DNA of 64,000 bases from an uncultured Arcobacter sp. GTDB taxonomy: Bacteria > Campylobacterota > Campylobacteria > Campylobacterales > Arcobacteraceae. Positions 31,966 through 40,604 of this stretch are shown here, one piece after another. The notes under the pieces are model-generated. The model made no database searches. It saw nothing but the letters and a program-made list of their open reading frames with translations, and was not told the DNA's origin. The stretch is from NCBI GenBank assembly GCA_965140705.1, contig OZ223302.1:352001-416000 (forward strand). Direction: 5' to 3'. Numbering within the stretch: position 1 is the first letter of the stretch; every line of letters begins with the position of its first letter. The position numbers and the translations under genes were made by a program.

Positions 31966-33504
31966 TTATATATTTTCTCCTGCTACCATACCAAATACTA
32001 AACAATCAGGAATTGAACAACTTCCTAATCTACTTGCTCCATGTGTTCCCCCTGTAATTTCACCTGCTGCGAATAAACCAGGAATTGGTTTTTTAGTTGC
32101 AGAAGAGATAACTTGTGCTTTGGTATCAATTTTTAATCCACCCATTGTATGGTGAAGTTTTGGTACACCTTTAGTTCCATAGAATGGAGCTGTAATAATT
32201 TGTACATTTTCTGTTTTTTCAACTGGTTTACCAAGATCTGTATCTTTGCCATTTTTTACAAAATCATTATATTGTTTAATTGTTTTTTTCAATTCACCAA
32301 CTGGAAGTTTGTATTCAGCTGCTAAAGCATCAATAGTATCGAATTTTTTAACAACTCCAGATTTTAAAGCTTTTTCTGCAATTTCTGGAATAATTTTATC
32401 AACCGCAGTTTGATCACATATATTAATTGGATAAGAATTTGTTTCTTTTATTACTTTAAACATTGCTTGTGCTCTTGTTCTTCTATCTGCAAGTTCATTC
32501 ATAAATCTTGCTGCTGTTTTAGGATTGACGGAAATTCCATATCTAAATGTTGCGTTAATATTAAAGTTTGAAGCTGCACCAAATCCTTTTTCATCTGGAC
32601 AAGCCCAAGGACCAAATTGAATCCAACTCAATTGAACAGGAACTGCTCCAAGTTCAAAGGCTTTTAATAAAACTCCAGCAGTTGCACCTGGTTGATTTGT
32701 TGAGTCTGTATCCGCAGGAATTCTTGGATCTTGTTGTTCTCTTAAGAATTTATCTCTACTAAATCCTCCAGCTGCTAAAACAACACCTTTTTTAGCTTTA
32801 TAATATTTTACTTTACCACCTTTATTTTCAGAATCATCATCTTCTAATTTTTTATCAAATCTATATTTTTCTCTAACTTTAACCCCAACTACTCTTCCAT
32901 TATCATCTAATACAAACTCATCAAATCTTGTTCTTTTTTTGATTGTACCATTTGGTAGTTTTTGGAAATATTTAAGCATTGGTAAAACAATTCCTGAACC
33001 ACTACCATTTGCAGAAAGATAAGTTCTAGGAACAGAGTGTCCTCCTAAGTGAGAAAGTTTTTCATAAAATTTTGCACCACATTTTTGTACTAATTTAAGT
33101 GCATCATTCCCTCTCTCTCCAATTACTTTAAGTAACTCAGGATGATTAATATATCTACCTGCTTTCATACTATCTTCCATATAAAGATCAATAGAATCTT
33201 TAATTCCTTCTTTTTTCTGTTTTGGATTATTTACAACAGCTAAAAGACCTCCATTAATAACAGAGTTTCCTCCAAGTCTTCCCATTTTTTCAACAATAAC
33301 AACTTTTAAACCTTTTTCAGCAGCTGTAATGGCAGCTGATAATGCAGCATAACCAGAACCAATTACAACAACATCATACTCTTCATCATATTTAACACCT
33401 TTTGAATCAATAGCAGCTGCATTTGTAACTGTAGTTCCTAAAGCTAATGCACCTGCACTAACAGCACCCATTTTAAAAAAATTACGTCTTGATAAATTAC
33501 CCAT
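31966..33504 (-). CDS. Tat-exported flavocytochrome c flavin subunit, probable (meth)acrylate reductase
   Basis: SRRNFFK Tat signal; VVVIGSGYAAL FAD site; HHTMGG and HGASRLG retained; QFGP replaces the fumarate-reductase QxHP. Confidence 0.8.
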   Translation of the reverse strand: MGNLSRRNFFKMGAVSAGALALGTTVTNAAAIDSKGVKYDEEYDVVVIGSGYAALSAAITAAEKGLKVVIVEKMGRLGGNSVINGGLLAVVNNPKQKKEGIKDSIDLYMEDSMKAGRYINHPELLKVIGERGNDALKLVQKCGAKFYEKLSHLGGHSVPRTYLSANGSGSGIVLPMLKYFQKLPNGTIKKRTRFDEFVLDDNGRVVGVKVREKYRFDKKLEDDDSENKGGKVKYYKAKKGVVLAAGGFSRDKFLREQQDPRIPADTDSTNQPGATAGVLLKAFELGAVPVQLSWIQFGPWACPDEKGFGAASNFNINATFRYGISVNPKTAARFMNELADRRTRAQAMFKVIKETNSYPINICDQTAVDKIIPEIAEKALKSGVVKKFDTIDALAAEYKLPVGELKKTIKQYNDFVKNGKDTDLGKPVEKTENVQIITAPFYGTKGVPKLHHTMGGLKIDTKAQVISSATKKPIPGLFAAGEITGGTHGASRLGSCSIPDCLVFGMVAGENI

Positions 33505-33560
33505 AATAAACCTCCTTAAATTATATTTATAAAAGAATATTAATATAAATAAGTAATCAA

Positions 33561-33592
33561 AAAATAACCTTTTTATTTAAAAAGGTTATTTT
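33561..33592. promoter_or_regulatory. perfect 14-bp inverted repeat upstream of the flavoprotein operon (regulator terminator and/or operator)
   Basis: aaaataaccttttt-attt-aaaaaggttatttt. Confidence 0.5.
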
Positions 33593-33627
33593 ATACAAAA
33601 AAAAGAATTATTATTTAGTTTAAGTAG

Positions 33628-34329
33628 TTATTGGTGAGTGCTGTTGATTCGATATCCACAGCCAGATATATTTTCAATTATGTCATTATACGTTTTTTGA
33701 CGTATCTTTTTTATTCTCATTCTAAGTGCTTCAATACTCATACTCTTTTCTTGCCAAGCATAACTCTCTATAGTAGAATATTCAACTATTTTATCCATAT
33801 TTGAAATTAATAAATGAAGAATTTCCATCTCCAGTTTTGTTAATTTTATAATCTCTGCATTTGCATTTGTCAATTGCTTTGAATTTTTATCATAAATAAA
33901 ACCAAATTTTAAATTAACTCGAAAATTGTATATATCTTTAGTTGCCATAAGTAAGGAGGTTTGTAAATCTTCAATCACAATTGGTTTTCTCAAATAGTTA
34001 TAAGCACCCTCATTAATACTTTCTGAGATATTTGAAGGGGTATCATAAGAAGTGATTATTATAACTGGTAAGTGAGGAGAGATTTCATGCATAGCATGAA
34101 CCATATCTAAACCATTCATTTCTGGCAAATTTATATCAGATATGACAATATCAGGTTTATATTGTTCAAACATTTCAAAACCTTCTATGCCATCTTTTGC
34201 AACATCCACACGTTTACAATGCATGCCTAAAGTTTGCCTTAATGCAAAAGCTGTTGTTTCATCATCTTCCACAATTAATACATGTATTTGAGAAAGTTTT
34301 TTTAATATCTTTAAATCAATCATTATCAT
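33628..34329 (-). CDS. OmpR-family response regulator
   Basis: LIVEDD, SDINLP, RKP, winged helix ending GCGY. Confidence 0.92.
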   Translation of the reverse strand: MIMIDLKILKKLSQIHVLIVEDDETTAFALRQTLGMHCKRVDVAKDGIEGFEMFEQYKPDIVISDINLPEMNGLDMVHAMHEISPHLPVIIITSYDTPSNISESINEGAYNYLRKPIVIEDLQTSLLMATKDIYNFRVNLKFGFIYDKNSKQLTNANAEIIKLTKLEMEILHLLISNMDKIVEYSTIESYAWQEKSMSIEALRMRIKKIRQKTYNDIIENISGCGYRINSTHQ

Positions 34330-36310
34330 CCTTTATTTTTTTAGGGAAAATAAATAAAAAAGTTGTTGGGTTTGTATAAGTTAAAATAGTCAAATCTCCC
34401 AAAAGTTTATTTCTTGCAATTAATCTTGATATATAAAGACCATTTCCTGTTCCCTTTTCTCCTTTTGTAGTTTTAAAAGCTTCAAAAAGAGTTTTTCTAA
34501 TAGTTGGTTGAATTCCTAAACCATTATCTTCAATTTTTAAATGATATTGATTTTGAATCTCTTCTATTATAATTTTTATAAATTTATTTTTATTATTTTT
34601 ATCATCAAGTAAAGAATCTCTTGAATTCAAAACTAAAGCAGTTATAATTTGTTGTAATTCATTTTTATAACTATAACAATTATATTTTCTCTCTTCATGA
34701 ATTACATTAATACTAATACCTGAATTTTTAAAATGTGGTTCTAGTATTACTTTTGTCTCTTCTATAGCTTCTATTATGTCAAAGCATTCTATTTTTTTAC
34801 TTGGCAAATAAAAATTTTTGAAAGTATCAATGGTATCTGAAAGATAATGGGCACTAGAAAGAACACGATTTAGATTATCTTTAAAAACCTCATCACTTAA
34901 ACATCCCATTTCTTTAAACTGTAGAATATTACCTATAAGCAAAGATATTGAATTTAAAGGTTGCCTCCATTGATGCGAAATTGCCCCAATCATCTCACCT
35001 AAATCTGCCATTTTAGATTGTTGAAATAAAATATCTTCTTGCTCTTTTTTTAACTTTTTAGATATCTCTTTTTTAGTAACATCTTCCACAAAAAAGATAA
35101 CTCCTTTATACTCTTTTTTTGCATCTAAGACAGGAATAGAAGTAAAAAATAAAAATACTTTTTCTTTTTTCTCAAAAAAACAAAAAGTATTAGTATATGT
35201 TTTATGTTTTTCTTTTGTTGCTTTTAATTGTTTACTAATACAATCTGTTATCCATAAAGGAAGCCTTTTAAAAAGTTCTGTACATTCAAACAGATTTTTA
35301 TCAGAAAGTCTATTCTCTGAAAGATATAGTAATTTAGAAAATTCATTATTATAATAAGTGACTTTTTCTTTGTCATCAGCAATTAAACATCCTCTTATAT
35401 CTGATAAAAGGAAGTGTTTCATTAAATTCTTTGATATTTCTAATTTTTCATCACTTTGTTTTTGAGTTCTATTATAAAATAGATTCAACCATAAAAATAT
35501 AATTAAACTTATTAGATATATAGTAAGGTTTATTTTCAATTGTAAATCTACTTTTTCATAAACCTTTTCTTTATTTAATTGTGAGATAAGATACCAATTC
35601 CCATATTTTATAAAACCTTGGGAAAAAATACTATCTTTTGTGATAGTAAGAGTTCCTTCTTTATCAATTTTTTGATTAAATTTTTTAAACAGTTTTTCTT
35701 TTTCTTTATGAACTAAGATTCTTTTATTCTCATCAAGTAAAAAAACATTTCCATCATAAGGTAAAGCTATTTTTAGAATTTCATTTTCTATATATTTTAA
35801 AGGAAGAATACCACAAACCACACCACTTTGACCCCTTTTATCTTTTGTGGGACTACAAACAGCAACAACTAATTTGTCTATAATTGCTGATACATAAGGA
35901 TTAGTTATTGTAATATCTTCATTTCTAATGGTTTCTCTATACCATGGCATAGATATAGTACTATAAGTTAAAGGTTTTAAAATAGTTCTACTTGAAATAA
36001 TTGTATTATCCCCATAACCAACAAACATATAAGGAAAATCAGCAACAGAAGAACTATGTTCAAGTAAGTCTTCAATAGCATATTTATTTTGAATATGATC
36101 CATATTAGAAATTAATTTTTCCAAATTTTTTACAACATTAATTTTCTCTTCTGTCCACTTTATAATCTGTTTTGAAGCATTTTCAATAGCATTTACTTGT
36201 AAATCATTTATTGCACTTCTTAAAATATAAAGATTTATAAAATAATTTGCAAGTACCAAAATAAAAAAAAGCATGCTGACAAATAAAATAAATCCTGTAC
36301 GTTTAGACAA
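34316..36310 (-). CDS. dCache/PAS sensor histidine kinase
   Basis: TM-Cache (PWY..ITNPY)-TM, PAS-like segment, HQWRQP, DNGLG, GTGNGL. Confidence 0.9.
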   Translation of the reverse strand: MSKRTGFILFVSMLFFILVLANYFINLYILRSAINDLQVNAIENASKQIIKWTEEKINVVKNLEKLISNMDHIQNKYAIEDLLEHSSSVADFPYMFVGYGDNTIISSRTILKPLTYSTISMPWYRETIRNEDITITNPYVSAIIDKLVVAVCSPTKDKRGQSGVVCGILPLKYIENEILKIALPYDGNVFLLDENKRILVHKEKEKLFKKFNQKIDKEGTLTITKDSIFSQGFIKYGNWYLISQLNKEKVYEKVDLQLKINLTIYLISLIIFLWLNLFYNRTQKQSDEKLEISKNLMKHFLLSDIRGCLIADDKEKVTYYNNEFSKLLYLSENRLSDKNLFECTELFKRLPLWITDCISKQLKATKEKHKTYTNTFCFFEKKEKVFLFFTSIPVLDAKKEYKGVIFFVEDVTKKEISKKLKKEQEDILFQQSKMADLGEMIGAISHQWRQPLNSISLLIGNILQFKEMGCLSDEVFKDNLNRVLSSAHYLSDTIDTFKNFYLPSKKIECFDIIEAIEETKVILEPHFKNSGISINVIHEERKYNCYSYKNELQQIITALVLNSRDSLLDDKNNKNKFIKIIIEEIQNQYHLKIEDNGLGIQPTIRKTLFEAFKTTKGEKGTGNGLYISRLIARNKLLGDLTILTYTNPTTFLFIFPKKIKDDND

Positions 36311-36496
36311 AAAAAACCTTTAATTATGAACATATGCACATTATAACTTTTAACTTATTTTAATTTTCTAAAATAAAAATTATTTCTCAGTTATTTTTTA
36401 GTTATTTTTAAATAATACAATAATAAAAATTAAACTTGTAATATTTATTAGTAAAATAATTATATAATGTATGAGTAAAAAGGATAAATTATAGTT

Positions 36497-37264
36497 ATGT
36501 TTAAAAGAAGTAATTTCTTATATTTTTTTATCATATTTCTAATAAGTATAATATTTTTTGCTCAATATTTTTATAAAAAACAAAAAGAAGAACAATACTT
36601 AATTCAAGTAAATCAAAGTAAATCAAAACAGATAAATAATTGGATTTTAGAAAAAAAACATTTTATGGAAAAATTATCAAAAAATATTGAAAATAAAAAC
36701 TATAATAAAGAAGTTTTTCTAAAAATAATGAAAGAAACAAATGAAAAAATGAAAACCCACAGTGTTTTTTTGGGATTAGAAGATGGAAACTATTTAGATA
36801 CTCAAGGATATTGGATAGATGGCTTTGATCCAAGAGTAAGACCATGGTATATAGAGACTATTAAACAAGAAAAAACTACTATTACTGGACCTATGTATTA
36901 TAATGATATAAGTGGACAAGAAATTAACTGGTGGGCAATATCTTCTTTGATTAAAAAAGAAGGTAAAAATTATGGAGTAATTAGTAGTGAAATAAATCCT
37001 GAAATGCTTATCAAACTTTTAAGTGATGTTAAAAATAACAAAATAGAAGATTTATTTTTATTTGATAAAAATAGTGGAATTATAATTGCTTCTATAAAAA
37101 GAGAAAATGAATTGAAATTAGTACAAAATATTTTTTCTAAAAAGTTTTTTGAAAACCTACCTAAAACAAAAGAAACAAGTCTTATAAAAGTAGATGAAAA
37201 TAGAAAAGCAATAGTAACAAATCTTAAAGAAGCCCCATGGATTTTATGCATGATTGTAAAATAA
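36497..37264 (+). CDS. membrane-anchored stand-alone dCache domain protein
   Basis: One N-terminal TM; FDPRVRPWY..ITGPMYYND Cache motif; no second TM or output domain. Confidence 0.8.
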   Translation: MFKRSNFLYFFIIFLISIIFFAQYFYKKQKEEQYLIQVNQSKSKQINNWILEKKHFMEKLSKNIENKNYNKEVFLKIMKETNEKMKTHSVFLGLEDGNYLDTQGYWIDGFDPRVRPWYIETIKQEKTTITGPMYYNDISGQEINWWAISSLIKKEGKNYGVISSEINPEMLIKLLSDVKNNKIEDLFLFDKNSGIIIASIKRENELKLVQNIFSKKFFENLPKTKETSLIKVDENRKAIVTNLKEAPWILCMIVK

Positions 37265-37294
37265 ACAAAGTAAGTTTTAGATAAACTTAACTCT

Positions 37295-38305
37295 ATGAAA
37301 AAACAAAGATTTAGTGAATATTTTAACAATTGGCTTTATGGTGAAGAGGGATATTATACAAAATATAATGCAATAGGAAAAGATGGAGACTTCTTTACAG
37401 CAGTTTCTACTTCAATATTTTTTGGAGGAAGTATTGCAAAAAAAATAGTTGATACAATCTTAGATAATAAACTTCCAGTAAATACTACTATTGTAGAAAT
37501 TGGTGCCCATCATGGCTACTTATTAGCAGATATTATCCAATTTATTTATACCTTAAATCCTAAGCTTCTTGAAAGCCTAAACTTTGCTATTGTAGAGAGA
37601 TTTGAAAACTTAAAGAATGAACAAAAAGAGTATTTGAAAAACTCCTTTGGAGATAGCATTAAAGTCAAATTTTACGATGACATAAGTGAAGTAAAACTTG
37701 ACAATGCTTTTATTGTAGCAAATGAGATTTATGATGCTTTTGCTTGTGAATTAATCTATACAAAAGATGATAACTTACAAACTGCCTTTATGAAAAATGG
37801 AAAAATAGAGTTTGAAGATTGTTTAGATGAAGATATTAAAACTAAATGTAAAAAATACAAAATTACAAAAGGTGAATTAGCTTTAGGGTATGAAGAATTT
37901 GCAAAAAATATTTGTGAAAATATTAAAAACTTCTACTTTCTTAGCTTTGATTATGGGGAAAAATATCCAAGAAATGACTTTTCTTGTAGGGTTTATTCAC
38001 AACATCAAGTTTTTCCAATCTTTGAAGAAAAACTTGATTTAACTAAACTATATAAAAATTCAGATATCACTTATGATGTAAACTTTTCCCATGTAATTGA
38101 TAGTTTTAATAGTTTTTGTAACTGTGAAGTTGAATATCAAACTCAACTAAAAGCCCTTGTAAAATTTGGCATTTTGGACTTACTTGAAATTTTACAAAAA
38201 AATGTAAGTGAAGAAAACTACTTAAAAGAAGTTCAAAAAGTAAAAACCCTACTTGAACCAACAGGGATGGGAGATAGGTTTAAAATGCTACTAATTAAAA
38301 AGTAG
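37295..38305 (+). CDS. SAM-dependent methyltransferase, MidA/NDUFAF7 family
   Basis: GYY..IGKDGDFFTA, VEIGAHHG, ANEIYDAF, FDYG, DITYDVNF, GMGDRFK. Confidence 0.85.
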   Translation: MKKQRFSEYFNNWLYGEEGYYTKYNAIGKDGDFFTAVSTSIFFGGSIAKKIVDTILDNKLPVNTTIVEIGAHHGYLLADIIQFIYTLNPKLLESLNFAIVERFENLKNEQKEYLKNSFGDSIKVKFYDDISEVKLDNAFIVANEIYDAFACELIYTKDDNLQTAFMKNGKIEFEDCLDEDIKTKCKKYKITKGELALGYEEFAKNICENIKNFYFLSFDYGEKYPRNDFSCRVYSQHQVFPIFEEKLDLTKLYKNSDITYDVNFSHVIDSFNSFCNCEVEYQTQLKALVKFGILDLLEILQKNVSEENYLKEVQKVKTLLEPTGMGDRFKMLLIKK

Positions 38306-38316
38306 CATTTTGTTTT

Positions 38317-38694
38317 TTATAAATTGTCTTTTTCTACTTCTTTATACTCTTCATCTGTAAATATTCTAGATTTTGTTATAAATTGATAACCCAAATCTAT
38401 CTCCAATGAAAAAGAATTACCAAAGGCAGCCTTTTCTTCTTTTACATCAATAGTTATTTCAGAATGTCTAAAGTACTCAAATTGCTCTTTATCTATAAAA
38501 AACTCACATCCACAGATTTCTCCCATCTTCACATTTCGAGAAGGGACATAAAAATCACTTTTTGCATAACACATAGGTGCTGTACCATCACAACAGCCAC
38601 CACTTTGGTTAAAAACCAATTCACCATTTTCTTTTTTTAATTGTTCTATTACTTCTGCAGCTTCTTTAGTAACTAATACTCTTTTTATTGCCAT
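38317..38694 (-). CDS. DUF779 family protein (aldehyde dehydrogenase-associated)
   Basis: FNQSGGCCDGTAPMC and FSLE motifs; directly downstream of the aldehyde dehydrogenase. Confidence 0.88.
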   Translation of the reverse strand: MAIKRVLVTKEAAEVIEQLKKENGELVFNQSGGCCDGTAPMCYAKSDFYVPSRNVKMGEICGCEFFIDKEQFEYFRHSEITIDVKEEKAAFGNSFSLEIDLGYQFITKSRIFTDEEYKEVEKDNL

Positions 38695-38823
38695 TTTATA
38701 TCCTTAAAATATCCCATTTTAAGGGATCTGTTCATATTAGATTTCTTTTATCACAATTTATAAAAAATTGTTAAAGAAACAAACCCTAAAGAGAATAAAC
38801 GACTTATTCTTTTTATGCAACAA

Positions 38824-38859
38824 AAAAAAATGCATAGAAGAGTTCTTCTATGCATTTTA
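38824..38859 (-). terminator. intrinsic terminator after the aldehyde dehydrogenase
   Basis: aaaatgcatagaag-agtt-cttctatgcatttt perfect stem with a long A-tract. Confidence 0.8.
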
Positions 38860-38884
38860 AACTTATTTACTTTAAAGTAAAGGC

Positions 38885-40381
38885 CTAGAAAAATCCTAAA
38901 GCATTTTTGCTATAAGAAGTTAAGATATTTTTAGTATGTCTATAAGAGTTTAACATCATCATATGTGTTTCTCTTCCAATTCCTGATTTTTTATATCCAC
39001 CAAATGATGCATGAGATGGATATAAATGATAACAATTTACCCAAACTCTACCAGCTTCAATTCCTCTTGAGAATTTATGTAATTGGTGAGCATCTCTTGA
39101 CCAAACACCAGAACCTAATCCATAAATAGTATCATTTGCAATAGCTAAGGCTTCATCTTCATCTTTAAAAGTAGTAACAGCTAAAACTGGTCCAAAAATC
39201 TCTTCTTGGAAGATTCTCATTTTGTTGTGACCTTTAAATAGTGTTGGTTGAATGTAGTTTCCATTTGGATATTTTTCACTTTTATATTCATCCCCACCAA
39301 TTAACAGTTCAGCACCCTCTTCTTTACCAATTTTGATGTATCCCATAATTTTTTCTTTTTGAGTAGTTGAACATTGAGCACCCATCATACAAGTTGGATC
39401 TAAAGGATCTCCTAATTTGATAGCTTTTACTCTCTCTAATACTCTTTCCATAAATTTATCATAAATTGATTCTTGAATTAATGCTCTTGATGGACAAGTA
39501 CAAACTTCTCCTGAGTTAAATGCAAATAATACAAGTCCTTCAATAGCTTTATCTAAGAATTCATCATCAGCATCCATAATAGATTCTAAGAAGATATTTG
39601 GTGATTTTCCACCAAGTTCTAAAGTAGATGGAATAATATTTTCAGTTGCATATTGCATAATTAATTGACCAGTTGTAGTTTCACCTGTAAATCCAACTTT
39701 TTTGATATCTGGGTGAGTTGATAAATATTTACCAATTTTTCCACCTGCACCATTAATAATATTAATTGCACCTGCTGGTAATACTGATTGAATTGTTTCC
39801 ATTAAAATTAAAATTGACATTGGAGTAGCACTTGCTGGTTTCATTACAATACAATTTCCAGCAGCTAAAGCAGGAGCTAATTTCCAAGCAGCCATTAATA
39901 ATGGAAAATTCCAAGGAATAATTTGAGCAACAACACCATATGGCTCATAAACTTCTTGAGAGATAGTATTTTCATCTAAATCTGCAACTGTTCCAGACTC
40001 TGCTCTAATAACTGAAGCAAAATATCTAAAATGATCAATAACTAAAGGAACGTCAGCTGCTAAAGTTTCTCTTACAGCTTTACCATTATCTAAAGTTTCA
40101 GCAATAGCTAAAGCTTCTGAATTTGCTTCAATAGCATCAGCAATTTTGTTTAAAAGAGTACTTCTTTCAACTACTGAGGTATGTTTATAAGATTCAAATG
40201 CTTTGTTTGCAGCTTTAATTGCTAATTCAACATCTTCCTCGTTTGATCTTGGGATTTTTGTTAAAACTTCACCATCAACTGGAGAAATATTATCAAAATA
40301 TTCACCACTTTTTGGTGCTACCCACTCTCCACCTATAAAATTTTCATATTGAGATTTGTACGTTGGTTTTGCGTATGCCAT
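38885..40381 (-). CDS. aldB: NAD-dependent acetaldehyde dehydrogenase (AldB/ExaC type)
   Basis: IIPWNFP, FTGETTTG, LELGGKSP, GEVCTCPSR, EEIFGPV; start corrected to 40381. Confidence 0.9.
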   Translation of the reverse strand: MAYAKPTYKSQYENFIGGEWVAPKSGEYFDNISPVDGEVLTKIPRSNEEDVELAIKAANKAFESYKHTSVVERSTLLNKIADAIEANSEALAIAETLDNGKAVRETLAADVPLVIDHFRYFASVIRAESGTVADLDENTISQEVYEPYGVVAQIIPWNFPLLMAAWKLAPALAAGNCIVMKPASATPMSILILMETIQSVLPAGAINIINGAGGKIGKYLSTHPDIKKVGFTGETTTGQLIMQYATENIIPSTLELGGKSPNIFLESIMDADDEFLDKAIEGLVLFAFNSGEVCTCPSRALIQESIYDKFMERVLERVKAIKLGDPLDPTCMMGAQCSTTQKEKIMGYIKIGKEEGAELLIGGDEYKSEKYPNGNYIQPTLFKGHNKMRIFQEEIFGPVLAVTTFKDEDEALAIANDTIYGLGSGVWSRDAHQLHKFSRGIEAGRVWVNCYHLYPSHASFGGYKKSGIGRETHMMMLNSYRHTKNILTSYSKNALGFF

Positions 40382-40446
40382 TTTTTTTCCTTTTATATGT
40401 GTTAAAATCTGAAAAAGTTTGATTATCAAATTTTTTCTGTAATGTA

Positions 40447-40501
40447 ATTCTACTCCACAATTATAGCCTGAATATAGCCATCAATATAGCTTGAGTATAG
40501 C
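40447..40501 (-). promoter_or_regulatory. aldehyde dehydrogenase promoter with four GCTATA direct-repeat half-sites
   Basis: - strand: GCTATA-CTCAA-GCTATA ... GCTATA-TTCAG-GCTATA-N9-TAGAAT. Confidence 0.75.
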
Positions 40502-40604
40502 GACAAGTTTTAATTGTTACAAGTCCTATTATATGGGCTTGATAGCTTTTTAAATTTTATTTTATTTTTATGAAAAAAGTATTTTTTTATGTTACAATAT
40601 TTTT

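Noticed and set aside
31966..33504. Fumarate reductase annotation
   Set aside because: Lacks the QxHP His that binds the second carboxylate, and it sits in an operon with dddY.
40462..40501. CRISPR or tandem-repeat reading of the TATAGC repeats
   Set aside because: 6-bp units at 11-12 bp spacing fit regulator half-sites; there are no spacers or cas genes.
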